A stretch of 64,000 bases of DNA from Hemiscyllium ocellatum (lineage: Eukaryota), in assembly GCF_020745735.1 (NCBI RefSeq), contig NC_083427.1:1519438-1583437 (forward strand), written 5' to 3'. The position numbers were made by a program, and so were the translations under genes. Shown here piece by piece: positions 35,990 to 49,136 of the stretch. How positions within the stretch are numbered: the first letter of the stretch is position 1; every line of letters starts with the position of its first letter. Under the pieces are notes generated by a model, which had not been told where the DNA came from, did no database searches, and was given only the letters and a program-made list of their open reading frames with translations.

Positions 35990-37085
35990 ATTACACAAAA
36001 TATTGAGGCATGGGATTGAGTGTGCTTTCACGGTTTGGATCAAAAATTGGCGAGCTGAAAGAAGAAGGTGGTGCTTGATAGGAAATATTCTTCGTGGAGT
36101 TCAGTTACTAGTGGTGTACTGCAAGGATATGTTTGGGGTCCACTACTGTTTGTTATTCTTATAAATAACCTAGGTGCAGTATAGAAGGATGGCTCAGGAA
36201 ATTTGTGGCTGACACTAAGGTCGGTAGATTTGTGGATTGTGCCAAAGGATCTTGTGGATTACAGAGAGACAGAGATAAACTGTAGAGCTATGCTCAGATG
36301 CGACAAATGGAGTTGAATGCGGAAAGGTGTGATGTAATTGACTTTGGAAAGAATAGCAGGAATAAAGAGCACTGGGCTAATAGTAAGATTCTTGGTTGTG
36401 GAGAGGAACAGAGAGATCTCAGTGTCCATGTACACAGATGCTTGAAAGTTGCCTCCCATGTTGATAGGGTTGTTAATAAGACATACAGTGTGTTAGCTTT
36501 ATTTGTTAGAGGGATTGAGTTTCGGAGTCATACGGTCATGCTGCAGCTTTGCAAAACTCTGGTGTGGCCGCACTTGGAGTATTTTGTACAGTTCTAGTCA
36601 CCGCATTATAGGAAGGATGAGGAAGATTTGGGAAGGGTTCAGACGATATTTACTCTGACTTTGCCCGGTATGAAAATAAGACCTTATGAGCAAAGTCTGA
36701 CCGACTTGAGGGTGTTTTCAAGAGAGAGAAGAAGGTTGGAGGTGACTTAATTGATACATACAAGATAATCAGATAGTTAGATAAGGTGGACAGTGAGATC
36801 ATTTTACCTCGGATAGCAATGGCTCACTCGAGAGGACATAGCTTTAAATTGCAGAATGATAGTTTCTGGACACTTGTCTGAGGTAGTTGCTTTACTCAAA
36901 AAATAATAGGGGATTGAACGCACTGCCTGCAAGAATAGCAGACTCGCCAACTTAATGACACTTAAATGGTCATTGGCTCGGCATATGGACGAGAATTGAA
37001 TAATGTTGTTTAAATATACTTCCGATTGATTTCACAGGTCGGTGCTACATCGATGGCCTTGTACTGCACTATAATCTTCTATGTT
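35990..37085 (+). mobile_element. Decayed CR1-type LINE
   Basis: ORF 36298-36597: ERCDVIDFGKN...QRDLSVHVH...CKTLVWPHLEYFVQF; 3' UTR follows. Confidence 0.85.
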
Positions 37086-38539
37086 CTGTGTTCTTTGTGG
37101 GATCTGGTTCTGCAGTGGCTGCTTTGTTGTATATTAGAAATACCGTGCTGTATACTGTCCAGCTATTCCGTGCTGGTGGGGGTGCAGGTAACCACAGTAG
37201 ATTCCTCAGGTCATGTAATGGGGTATCTATCCATGTCGGAAACTACTGACATGCTGCTACTAACAAGAATCTGTACATGTACAATCTTGCGTAACATGAT
37301 GACAATACAAACGGCGAAGCTTTTTATGTGGTATCTGTTCATGCTAAAAAAGACACTCATTTACTGGGGGTTCCGTGACATTACGTTTTGGTTAGTTGTT
37401 GAATTATGAAAGCCACCATTCTATGTCAGGTATTTGAAGCATACGGTTTGGATGGACAGAACTGAAACAAAGTTTGGGAATTGCCTTCTATCTATTTCTC
37501 AATTTTGCAGTCGAGATCCGCTGTGCCATCGTAACCCGTCACTTTCATTGTTCTCTCCTCAGTAATTCGATAGCAACTCACCCAACTCCACTGAAGTCTT
37601 GTTATCAATTGCATATGCGTAAACTAAACTGATTTGCTTTTGGGATGCGACAGATGCCAGTTGCAGCTGTTGCTGAGAACACACAGCAGATCAGTTCAAA
37701 CCGAAATGGCATTGACAGACTAAAGCACTGGACGTGAGCTTTGAATACATTCTGTGAAGCAGTTTATTTTGTGACAAGTAAGGACACTTCTGCGATCACG
37801 ATTGTTTTGGATGAAATGTCCAAATGCCTGAATACATTATGAACACTAATTTCTTCACATTAACTATACTGGTGTGAATTCAAGATTTCTTGATGACAGA
37901 CATTATATTGTTATGAATTAAGGTTTCATTAATTTGAAGAACACATTGCATCAGTTGAAATGGAATGCCTAAACTATCTTTCTATTGTTGGACGATTATA
38001 TCAAGTGATGCAGTGTAAGAAACAACATTTGTGCACTCATTATTCCTAAGCTGCTTCAATGATTATGAGGATACCATACAAGATTTCCAGCATTGTCAGT
38101 GGCAATTAACTACGTGGGTCGTGATAAGAAAGCAAGGAGGCTCCAAACTGATATGGACAGTCTGATGCCTGGGCAAGAAGAGATCAGATGGATTATTTTG
38201 TAGATTAATAACAAGTTTATCCTCTTTTTCATAACGGCCTTCAATGAGGAGTATCTCTGAAAAGCCAGGAGAATGGGAAATGTTCATGCTAAAAGGGAAT
38301 TGTGAGTCTGACTATATTAGTTATTGAAATCTAACAAATGCAAGAAAGAGATGGAATGCTGAGAGGGTTGGTGTAAAGACAACAATCAATAAAACGAAGG
38401 AGTCGAGCATTGCCTTGTGGAAGTGAAGCTGATGGCATGCCCTTGTCTGCATCAATAGTGCGGAGATGAGGTTCGTCCACAGTGTCAAGGTTCTGGAAGT
38501 GATTCCGACCAACAACCTGTCTGGTCTATCCATGTCGTC

Positions 38540-38940
38540 TCAATGTTCAAGGGAACAAAAGAGCATCTCTACTTCCTCAGGAGGCTGAAGGAATTTTGAC
38601 ATGTCCACAACCACTCTTAAAAATTTTCACAGATGCACCATCGACAACCTTCTCTGTGCATGCATCATAGTGCGATTTGGTAACAGCTTCTCCCATTACC
38701 ACAAGAAACTGCAAGAGTCATGAATACAGCCCCGTCCATAACATAACCCAGCCTTCCAGCATTGAAGACGTGTTGATTTTCCATTGTCTTGGGAAACCAA
38801 CCAATTGAATCAAAAACCGCTTTCACTCCTGCTACGTTTTCTTCCAGCCTCTTCACTCAGAGAGAAGATATAAAAGTTTGTGCACATGAGCAAATAGATT
38901 CAAAAAAGCTTCTTCCCTGCTCTATTAGATTCCTGAATGG
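38540..38940 (+). mobile_element. Rex1/Babar-like LINE 3' fragment
   Basis: Decayed QxHLYFLRRLKxF-MSxxTLxNFxRCTIxxxL block typical of Rex-Babar RT C-termini. Confidence 0.55.
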
Positions 38941-41900
38941 AACTTTCAAATATTATATTTCATGTTGATCTCGCTCTGTTCCTCTTATCTGCAGATGTAA
39001 ATTTTTATATTCGCTCTGTCCGAGGACCCTATATACTTTGTTTGGTATGATCTGCCTGCAGTGCACCTATGTATGTGTCAATAATAATTCCAATCAAATC
39101 AAATTTGTTAGAAAGCAATGAACAGCAACTATTTTAAGGAGTTCAAACGAAGTAAATTTGAATGCGAATGCACGTATTGCTTCATATTTGTAGTATTGCT
39201 AAGATTGCACCGAGACATAGTGCAAAATCTGTTAACTTCACTTAAATTAGGCTGCAACTTCCTTTCAAATGAATTGTGATGGACATCCAGATGACAAATT
39301 TGTGAGATTGACGGACCAACCTATGAAACAACTTTGAAGAAATAGCACTAATAGTTTGAGCTAATCAAATAATCAGAGATTGACCGAGCATGTACATGAC
39401 AGTGTACAGTTGGTGTTTGATGTTAATGACATTAGTGGCAATGTGGATGTATGGAAAAATTACTCGAGGTAGGCGATCCAATACTGTCGAGAATGGTGAA
39501 TCAGTATCAAGGGGTGGGGCAGACTGCTCCATGCTTCCATATTCCTGTCATCTCAACAGCAGAAAGCTACAGAATCGAAGATAATTAAAACAAAAAGGAG
39601 AGTAGCAAATCAACGAGAGAATGAATAAAATGATGGAAATGTTAAGGCATTCCTAAGTATGTTTTCATTGAGCTATGTCGGGTAAGAAGGTGAATAATGA
39701 AAGCATTGGGGAGAACAGGACTGGCCATTGTAACTGTTTCTGAGAGAATTCTTTGTCTTCACTAAGGAGGGGATTAATGCAAAGAGTGTAATTGAAAAAA
39801 GATTCCAGTCAAATTTTAGATTAAATATTTATGAGAATGAAAGTATTGTAGAGTGAAAACACCTGGAAAGTGCATATATATTTCGTGGTAAAAGGAACCC
39901 AGTGAGGAAATAATAGATGCTCAAAGGATCATTTGCCAATTCTCACGAAATGTATGTGATGTAGCAGATAATTATAATTGTAAGTCTACAACTATTCCAG
40001 CCTCGAAAATGTCTTGATAGTCGACCAGAAAGTTAAAGGCCAGTCAGTCTGTACTCCATGGAGGACTCGTTACGATAACCAATTATAAAAGGTCAGGTGG
40101 AATGGTACTAAGAAAGAGATGGACTAATCTTGGGAAGTCAGAATGAATTTGTGAAGTGAACATCGTGTGTTATCAAGTTCAGCGATTTTTTTTGGTGCAA
40201 TGGCATCAAAGAGACTCTTAGGGACAGTATTTCGGTAATGTCCAAATGGATATAGTGAGGCATTTGCCGAGGTCCAACGTAGAAGACTTGTCAGAAAAAT
40301 AAAGCCCATGAAATACAAGAGAGTGCCAAGTTGGATTAAAAAATTGCGTCACCGACAGGAAGCAATGTTTAACACTGCAGAATGTGTTCCTTTGTTTTTG
40401 ACCATCTCCAGTGTTGTATGACACGACTTAGTGTTTTATCGTTCGGCATTTGAGGTGAACATTCATGATTTATATTTTAATGTGAAAGTTTTGATTTGGA
40501 TTTCGTTGATGATACAGAGGCAGTGGCATCGATTATATTAATGATAATGGCCGTCAAATGCAGCTTTATATTACTGGTTCAGTTCTGCCAGTGAAATATG
40601 ATAATTTGAATTCAGTCTGTAAGTGGGAATATATGAAGTGAAGAGGATGTCAGAAACTTTGCAGCATACGTCCACCGGTCCATGATTGCTGAAGAACAGG
40701 TGACGAAATGTGTTAAAAAAAGGCATGTGTGAACCAATGAGATGTTTTCCTGCTTTTGATGAAATGTTGAACACTAAATGTATTCAATGCGGCAGTTTTG
40801 TGTTGAGTCCAGGTCACCACGTTCGTGGGAAGGCAAAATTGTTCAGGATAGGGGACAAGTTGTACAAGAATGCTGTGAGAAATTTTAAATGGATGTACCA
40901 TAGTTGTTTTCCTCCTAAGACAGGCGGCAGAGTTCTAACTAAATTGAACAGTACAAAATAATGAGGGTTTTATGTAGTATGGGCAGCGAAGTCATGTTAT
41001 TATTGCAGGGAAGCCATAGGGAAATACATTAGTGTATTATACACAAGTAAAGTTTTTTTTTTCAGTCACATTCTGTAATTAGAACAAAATAACTGATCGT
41101 CGTTTAAACAGAGGGTACCTCTAAGGACGACATGGGAAGTAAGGGAGAGAAAAGCATTTCCACCCGATACTGGGGGCTGTCTGTGATTTGCTTCCTGGTT
41201 TGATGGTTGAGACAGAAATCCTCAAGTTATTTGGAAGCAGTTTGGATGTGAAGCTGGGGCGTTGTGTCCTTCAGTAATGTTGTATGGTTCTATAGTTCTG
41301 CAAAGTTTCATTCATAACGTGATCGCTAACTTGATCTCTTCAAATCTGCCAATGGAACTTTATTTGTGGGAGCTATTTTGAACTTAGAATGATTCATTTT
41401 GGATCAAGTTATCAGTCACTTGGAGAAACGTGCATTAATTACAGAAATGAAGCCATGATTCAAAACAGGAAAAAAAAAGGAGTTCAAATAATTGATTGGT
41501 ATTTTGACGAGGTCACGAAGTGTTATATTTTGAAATGCTGACATGAAATTGCAGAGGAAGAGAATCAATACTTTTCGACAATTGTAAAGTCACAGAATAC
41601 AAAGACAATTGTAAAAGATGACAGGAAGTAATATAATTGCCAAATGAGGTGGAGTATCTATGTGCTTCCGAATTGAGAAAACATTTATAGTGATCTGTAC
41701 TGAATAGACCACTGGTTAAATCTTTCTATGAGAACTGGCGTTCTCTTCCACGTCCCCAGTTGTTGCCTATTTCACATAATCTTTAATACCTAATTAGCAT
41801 TTGATTCCACTTTATGCCTGTGAAAGTTCTGCACCGAGTGATGTCAAGTGTAATTATTTTGGATGGATTTTGTTTAATTGTTGTTGGTATCAAGAGGCAA

Positions 41901-42159
41901 GATATTAGTTGGTGGTCACCAGATGCTGTTGTCATCCTCACTTTTTTCTCCGAACGCGAAAAGCACAATTGTATGGGATATTAATTCATTTTAAGATCCA
42001 TAGATGCACAGATTCATAACAGCACAGAAAAGACCCTTTGCTCCATCGTGTCTCCTCCAACATGCACTAAACGTGCACTAATTGCAATTTCCTGCACTTG
42101 TCCCACATCCTTGAATATTGTGATAGTTGAAGTACTTTTCCATTTCTTCAAAGTTTGCA

Positions 42160-43990
42160 AGGTTTCCAGTCAAGGGGAAAAGTTGCTGGCAGTTCACAAC
42201 AAGGGAAACGTGCAGACCTTCTACAGGGATATCAGGAATGCAAGAATGACTGGATTAAGATTAGGCCAATCAAAGATGGTTTTGGAAAGTTGTGTGTGGA
42301 AACTGAGGACATAACTGAAGCGCTTAATGAATACTTTTCGTCAGTCTTCATTATGGAAAAGGGAAATGTTTGTGAGAATGCAGAGATGCAGACTACAAGA
42401 ATTGATGGGATTATGCTAGACAAAGTGGAGGTTTTAGCAATTTTGGAAGATCTGAAAATAGTTAAGACCCCATGGCTAGGTGGGGTTTATCCTCGAATTC
42501 TCGGGTAAGCCAGTGAACAGGTTGCAGACCCTTTTGCTTTGATCATTATGTCACCATTCCTGACAAGAGTAGTGCCAGAAAACTGGATGATAACAGATAT
42601 TGTTCCTTTGTTTTAGAAGGAGAGTCGGGACAACCCTGATAGTTATAGGCCCGTGAGCTTTACAGTGGGTTATAAGAGATACGATATATGATCATCTGGA
42701 AAGGAATGATTTGATTATGGATAGTCCACATGGTTTTGCGAACTGTGGGTCGTGTCTCACTAACCTTATTGAGTTCTTCGAGAAGGTGACAAAGCAGGTG
42801 GATGAAGGTCAAGAGGTTGCTGTGACGTATTTGGACTTCAGTAAGGCGTTTGATAGGATTCCACGTGGTAGTCTCTTGTACAAAATATGGAGTTTCGGGA
42901 TTGAAGGTGATTTAACAGTTTGGATCAGAAATCGGCTAGCTTAAAGAACATAGAGGATGGTGTTCGATGGGAAAAGTTCATCCTGGTTCTTGGTTATCAG
43001 TGGCATGCAGCAAGGGTCTGGTCTGGGGGCACTGCTGTTTGTCATTTTGATAAATAATCTAGATGTGAGCGTTAAAGGATGAGTTCGTAAATTTGCAGAT
43101 GACACTACGGTAGGCAGAGTTGTGGTCAGTGCCAAAGAATGGTGTGGGCTACAGAGGGACACAGTTAAGTTTCAGAGCTGGGCTGAGACGTGGGAAATGG
43201 AGATTAATGTGGAAAAAGTGTGAGGTGGTTTACTTCAAAGAAGTAATGGGTAAGCAAAGTCCTGGGCTTGAGGTAAAATGTTTGGCAGGGTAGATGAACA
43301 GAGAGATCTCGGTTTCCAGGTGCATTAATCCCTGAAAAATACCACCCAGTTTGATAGGGTTGTTAAGAGGCATATGGTGTATTCACGTTTATCGGTAGGG
43401 GGATTGAGTTTCATAGCCAAAAGATCATGCTTCAGCTGTCCAAGATACTGGTAAGGCCACACCTGGAATATTGCATGCAGTTCTGGTCACTGCACTATCA
43501 GAAGGATGTTGAAGCTTTGGAAAGGGTTCAACGGACATTTTCCATGATGTTGCCTGGTATGGAAAGAAGGTCTTTTGAAGAAAGGCTGAGGGAACTGAGG
43601 CTGTTTCCGTGGGAGAGAAGAAAGTTGAGAGTGACTGAATCAAAATGGATCAGATCATAACATGGTTTGATAGGGTGGGCAGTGAGAGCCTTTTTCCTCG
43701 GATGGTGATGGCTAACATGAGGGGACTGAGCTTAAACAGAGGGCTGTTAGATTTAGAACAGATATTCGGGGTAGTTTCTTCACTCAGAGATGACTAGGGG
43801 CGTGAAATACTCTGCCTGCAGTAGTAGACTCGTTGAAGTTAAGAGCATTTAAATGGACATTGGGAATACGTATAGATAATACTGTAATAGTGTAGGTTAG
43901 AAGGGCATCAGTTTATTTTCACAGGTCGGTAAAGCATTGAGGCCCGAAGGGTCTGAACTGCTCTGTAACGTTCTGTGTTCGATGTTCTAT
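42160..43990 (+). mobile_element. Decayed CR1-type LINE
   Basis: HGFANCGSCLTNLIEFFEKVTKQVDEG...YLDFSKAFD (42711-42944), FADDT, KILVRPHLEYCMQFWS (43427-43660). Confidence 0.88.
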
Positions 43991-43999
43991 GTTACTTCG

Positions 44000-45090
44000 C
44001 CAATCTGTGCATTCCAAATTCTCTCGACGTGTTGAATGACACTCTGAACCTCATGCCCCTGTCGTGATTGACTCCTCAACCAAAGTGGGGGCAGGTGTTC
44101 TCTATTAAAACTTTCCATACCTATCGTAATCGTGTACACGTAAATCATTACCCCTTCTGTCTACTCTGTTTTGAAGAAAATGATCCAAACCCTATCTAGG
44201 GTCATAAGATAGCTCAATTTCTCCGTCCCAGGCAACATCCTGGTGAACCTTCCCTCTCTCACCTCTGATCCTATCTCATCCTTCCTGCCATGACAAGACC
44301 AAAACTGGACATCGTACTCCAAACCTGGCCTTACTAATGTTTTGTACAAGTCCAAAATTACTTTTTAATGCGCTATGGCACGACAGATGAAAACAAGTGT
44401 GCCCTAACACTACTTCATCTTGTTTCTGCTTCCAAAGCATATTACCTTGCACTTACCAGGGTTAATTATCATCTGTCTTAGGTCTCCAATCACCCAATAG
44501 GATTTTGACTATTTACCACTCTTCCAAATGTGGTATCTTCTGCAAGTTTGCTTCATGTTCCTCCTTCCCCCACATTCTTATCTGAATTTTTGTGTATCTA
44601 ACGAACAATAAGTTTTCTTAAACTGCTCCGAGTGGTGTACCGTTTCACACAAGGCTCCAGTGATCCAAACAGCCTTCTAGCATTGTCTTTGGGTTCGATT
44701 ACAGAGCTCGCTTCTGATCTGGTGTGAAAGCTTTCGCTCAGGTCCATGTGCTTTAACTGTCTCAAATAATGTACAGTAAGAGGTCTTCCAAAAGCTTTTA
44801 TGCAATCCATATATAAACTACATCAACTGATCTCCTTTGTCCACACATTTTATTGTATTTTCAAAAATTTCCAACAAATTTGCTATTCATGACATCCCTC
44901 TGGGAAAGCCATGTTTATTATTCTCTGCCCTCTATTGCCTGGTCTCACAACTAAATACTCTACTCTGTCATGGAAGTCCCATGGTAGAACATTAATTCCT
45001 TTACTGAAGTTTACTCAGTCTGACAACGAATGTATCAAATATCACACAATTGCCAGTGCCTTGATATTACAGAAAATTTACTGGGATTTT
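44000..45090 (-). mobile_element. Decayed CR1-type LINE fragments
   Basis: Minus ORFs LYKTLVRPGLEYDVQFWS (44161-44355) and MDCIKAF (44598-44810). Confidence 0.75.
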
Positions 45091-45139
45091 TTTTGTCGAC
45101 GTGACTAATTTTTCAAAAAAAATTCTCCACTAATTGTAG

Positions 45140-45297
45140 GTATCCCTGAAATAAAAGAGGACCCGGTAGACTATGACATCGAAGAAAACGAACAAGAAAA
45201 TTTCAATGGAGATGCCAACAGTTCATTATCCATTATGACGTTTGTTGTCCTGTTTATTCTCAGTACGCTGTACAGCACATTTGTAACTGTGCTTAAG
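45140..45297 (+). CDS. IgNAR: IgNAR TM1 exon (extracellular spacer and transmembrane helix)
   Basis: Acceptor taattgtAG at 45139; (G)IPEIKEDPVDYDIEENEQENFNGDANSSLSIMTFVVLFILSTLYSTFVTVLK with the TF-x-x-LF...YST antigen-receptor TM motif; donor GTAAGA at 45298; phase matches the C5 internal donor. Not in the ORF track. Confidence 0.93.
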
Positions 45298-46239
45298 GTA
45301 AGAACACATTTTAATAGCTGTGTTACATTCGGCTTTCATAGATGAAATCAAGCTCTTCTGCACAGAATAATGCAGAGGTATTCCTCAAAAAAAATCATTT
45401 ATCCTCTTCAAATTGATCTAGAGTGATTAACAGCCGTCTTGAATAAACGTCCTCATGGGATGATTGCACAGAGGAATGCAAACACACATTTTTTTAAAAA
45501 TGCGGGATTTAGGAACCAAAATATGTAAGTCATTGAAATAATGCTTCACTTGTAGTGTCAGCTCATAAAAGGGTAGAAAACTTTATTTTCAAAAAAGGGA
45601 GTTCATACTTGGTTGTAATAAGCTAGACACGGTGAAATATATTGAGACTCGAGAGTATAAAGGTTAAAAAAAGATGGAAAAATTTCAGCACAAATTGTTT
45701 CAAATAGTTCTGCATCTCCATGAAGGAATGAGGAAAATATTACTGAATGAATCAGATTAACTAGTGACAGATCAGAGAGAATTTATAGAAAAAGCATTGG
45801 TATGAGAGGCGACTTTATTTGTAACATGCAGGATTCTTCCAAACTTTTACAGGATAGGTGCAGAAATATTTTTTATAAATATATTATAAAACCAGATTCT
45901 AGTCCACCAGTTGCATTTGGAAGCACGGGTTTTCAGAGCGCTGATCCTGTGAAGTGTGATTTTTAACTTTATCCACCCCAGTCCAATACCAAATCCTCGA
46001 CATCATGCAGAAAGATTGTTTGACTTGGTGGTGGATTAATACAGGCACAGAAGACACAAAAGGAATTTCTACGGAGTTGTGCGGATCTAACTTTTCAAAT
46101 CCCACGTTCCAGCATTTGAGTTGTATGTTAGAATTCTTGAAGTGTTCATCCACGTCAACATGTAAATATTATAACGTATTTTCTTACATCTACTACCCTC
46201 CGAGGCATTGCTCTGCAGATGCCCACTACCGTCTGGCTG

Positions 46240-46620
46240 AACAAATACTTCATAAAATTCATTCTAATACACCTACCCATCAGCTTCAATTTGTTCCTTC
46301 CTAACTGAATGAAACAACACTCTCTCATCTACCCTGTCCATGCCGCTTGTAGTCATATACATCTCAATCACGTTCCCCTATCTCTTTCCTCTGTTGTAAA
46401 GAAAACAACCTGGATGAACAAAGTATCTGTTAATAGTTAGAGCTTAATATTCTACAAACTCCCGCCACTTAAAAAAAAATTCCTTGGTGTCGTGTTGTAA
46501 ACAGAACTACACACAGTAATCCAGCTGTGGAAAAACCAAACTTTTGCAAAACTCCAACATCACCGTCCTGATCTCACATCTCTGAAATACGTACTGATAA
46601 AGGCAAGGGTCCAGAATGTA
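46240..46620 (-). mobile_element. CR1-type LINE 3' fragment
   Basis: Reverse complement of RGDxIxxYKxxxGxDRV and LEYxVxFW-like blocks. Confidence 0.55.
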
Positions 46621-47832
46621 TTCTTAAAAAAAGGCACTCGGCATCCACACAATTTTGAGTGGGCGACCTCAACATCTCCAGCATCTTTTATCAGAGGAAA
46701 TGGTTCATCACATCACTCCCTGTTATGTTAGCACTAATTAATACTGTTACCAAGCATACTCTGCGACCATCATCATCAATATCACCATTAGATCATGATG
46801 ATTGAGTTACCAGTTCAATACATAGTTTTGATGGATCTCAAGATTTATCCTGTTGCACTGCATTTCGCTCAGAACTAATTTCAGCCACCTTGTGTAATTC
46901 ACCTTAATAGAAATTCACCACGATCACTGCAGACACGACATCGTTTGATTGACTCTGCATTATGCAGAATCTGCCACCAATATATCCTTCTTGCCATATG
47001 TCCTCTGCAGCCAAATGCAAAGTTAAAAATTCGGTGTGACTACAACAGGATGCCCCACTCATTGTTTCCCACACATATCCTTGAATTAGGAATCTGTAAT
47101 CTATTAATGAAAAACAAACAAATACAGAAGCTCTGAAGAAAGTTCACTGCACCTGCAGCATTAAATCTGGTTTCACTGTACAGATGCTGCCGGAGGTTTT
47201 CCATCAATTTCAACATTTGTTTTGATTTCCAGTATCCACAGATCTTTAGCTTTTTGATTAATGATAATGCTTTGTCTGAGAGAAAAAAATCCTGCATGAC
47301 AATTGGTTGCCTTGCAAACAGGTGAAAGCCGCATTTCACGGGGCACCCGATTGAAATAGAGAAGAAGATTCATAGATTTTGTTTTGAGATTTTCAAGGAG
47401 TAGTCAACGGCCATATTATAATTTTATGTTTTAATCTCTTGTGCTTAAATAACACACACAGACAGAGGGTGCCGTCAGTTCATTCTTCCAGCTTTGCTAG
47501 AGCATTGAATACTGTTTCTCCTGGAATTTCCCACTCTAACTTTAGAAACTTGATTCTCAGCAGATTGCCGATATATGCTGCAGAGTGCACTTTTACATTT
47601 TGTCCTTAAATGGCATTGGAAACACGTAATTGTCCCAGCGTTACTGCACCAGCGATCACTTTGTCAACTGCAAACTCAGTTTACAGTGAGGCTGTTCCAA
47701 GTTGCAAGCAGAATGATGGAGTCGAGAGAAAATTAATTCAATTAATTTATTAACAGGAACTCAGAATTTGTTGATGTTTTGTAATGAAATTTGAACTGTC
47801 TTCGCCAACTGTAAACAACCTTACATTTGCCC

Positions 47833-48723
47833 AAAAGAGAGAAAATGCTGGAAAATCTCAGCAAATTTGGCAGCATCTGGAAGGAGAGAAAAGAGCTGAT
47901 GTTTCGGGTCTAAAAGATCCTTTGTGAAAACTAAAGAAAGGGAGAAATAAGGAGGTATTTATACTAGGATGAGAGAAGGTGCCATTTATACATGGCTCCA
48001 GAAGCAAAGGTAGCAGTAAAGAGGTGATAATGACAGTACAGAGAGAGGTTATAGGTTTATTAGAAGCTGAAGCTTCGATGTGACAAAATATGTGGGGGAT
48101 TGGTTGGGGGAAGGGGGCGAGATGGAGGGCGGGAATTGGTGAAGCAGAGGCAAAATGGGAAAGGAGGGGAAGGGTAGCAAAGGGGGAGCAGGAGAGGTAA
48201 AAGGTGATGAAAGAGTGGGGAGCGAGAGAAAGACAGACAATTAAAAAATAAGAGGCACAGAACAGTGAAAAAATAGAAAATCAAGATAAATGAAACAAAT
48301 GAAATGAAATTAAGGAGCAAAATGAAAACAGAGGGGTCGAGATGGGGTAATCATCTGATGTTGAATTCAGTGTTGAGACCGGCAGGCTGTGATGTGCCTA
48401 GTCGGAAGATGAGCTGTTGTTCCTTCAGTTTGCATTGTGCTTCACTGGAACATTGCAGCAGGCCAAGGAAAGACATGTGGGTATGGGAGCAAGATTATGT
48501 GTTAAAGTGGCAAGCCACGGGAAGATCCGGGAACTGATTGCGTACAGATATGGCTCCATAAGCAAAGGTAGCAATAAAGAGGTGATAATGACTGTGTAAA
48601 TACCTCTCTATTTCTCCTTTTTTTTTAGCTTCGAGAAAGGGTCAGTTCGGCTCGAAACGTCAGCTTTCTCTCCTTACAGATGCTGCCAGACTTGTTGGGA
48701 ATGTGTAGTATTTTCTCTTTTTT
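47833..48723 (-). mobile_element. Penelope-like element 3' fragment with inverted termini
   Basis: 47833-47964 is approximately the reverse complement of 48596-48723; 43-bp direct repeat at 47992-48034 and 48550-48592; minus strand near 48340-48410 encodes the IFRLGTSQPAGLNTEFN endonuclease end. Confidence 0.7.
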
Positions 48724-49127
48724 GGTTTCAGATTTCAGCATCCGCAGTAATTTGCTGTTTTCTTACATTTTCCCACGCGAGCCGTGATCTAACTTTATTT
48801 CGTTTGATTTGGTAAATTGCCAGAGAATTTCTCTGCGCAATATTTGCTATGCTACTGAACTTAATCTCCTCTACTAAACATGAATCTATGCTTCATTTAT
48901 TTTTCTTCCAAGTCCAAATTTCTCTTTGTACATTGCATACTTGAAGAAACGTCTAACCAGAGTTGAGGTTACCTGGTCATGGAGTTTTTTCAACCCTTTC
49001 CAGATCACAACACATACCACTCGATTTCATAATGATAGTCTGCGATTTGTCTTTTGTGTATGCTTCAGAATGTTAAACGTTTTTATAGATTTTCCTCTCG
49101 TAATTATTGGACTTTTGCTCTCTGCAG

Positions 49128-49136
49128 GTGAACTGA
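49128..49136 (+). CDS. IgNAR: IgNAR TM2 exon (cytoplasmic V-N-stop)
   Basis: Strong acceptor acttttgctctctgcAG at 49127, then GTG AAC TGA; phase 0 matches TM1, giving the tail K-V-N. Confidence 0.78.
   Translation: MN

Larger units (their letters stand above)
12024..49136 (+). other. IgNAR: Complete IgNAR heavy-chain cluster (L-V-D-D-J-C1..C5-Sec/TM1-TM2)
   Basis: All exons found in order and orientation with canonical GT/AG sites, compatible phases and no stops; needs V(D)J recombination for expression. Confidence 0.96.
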
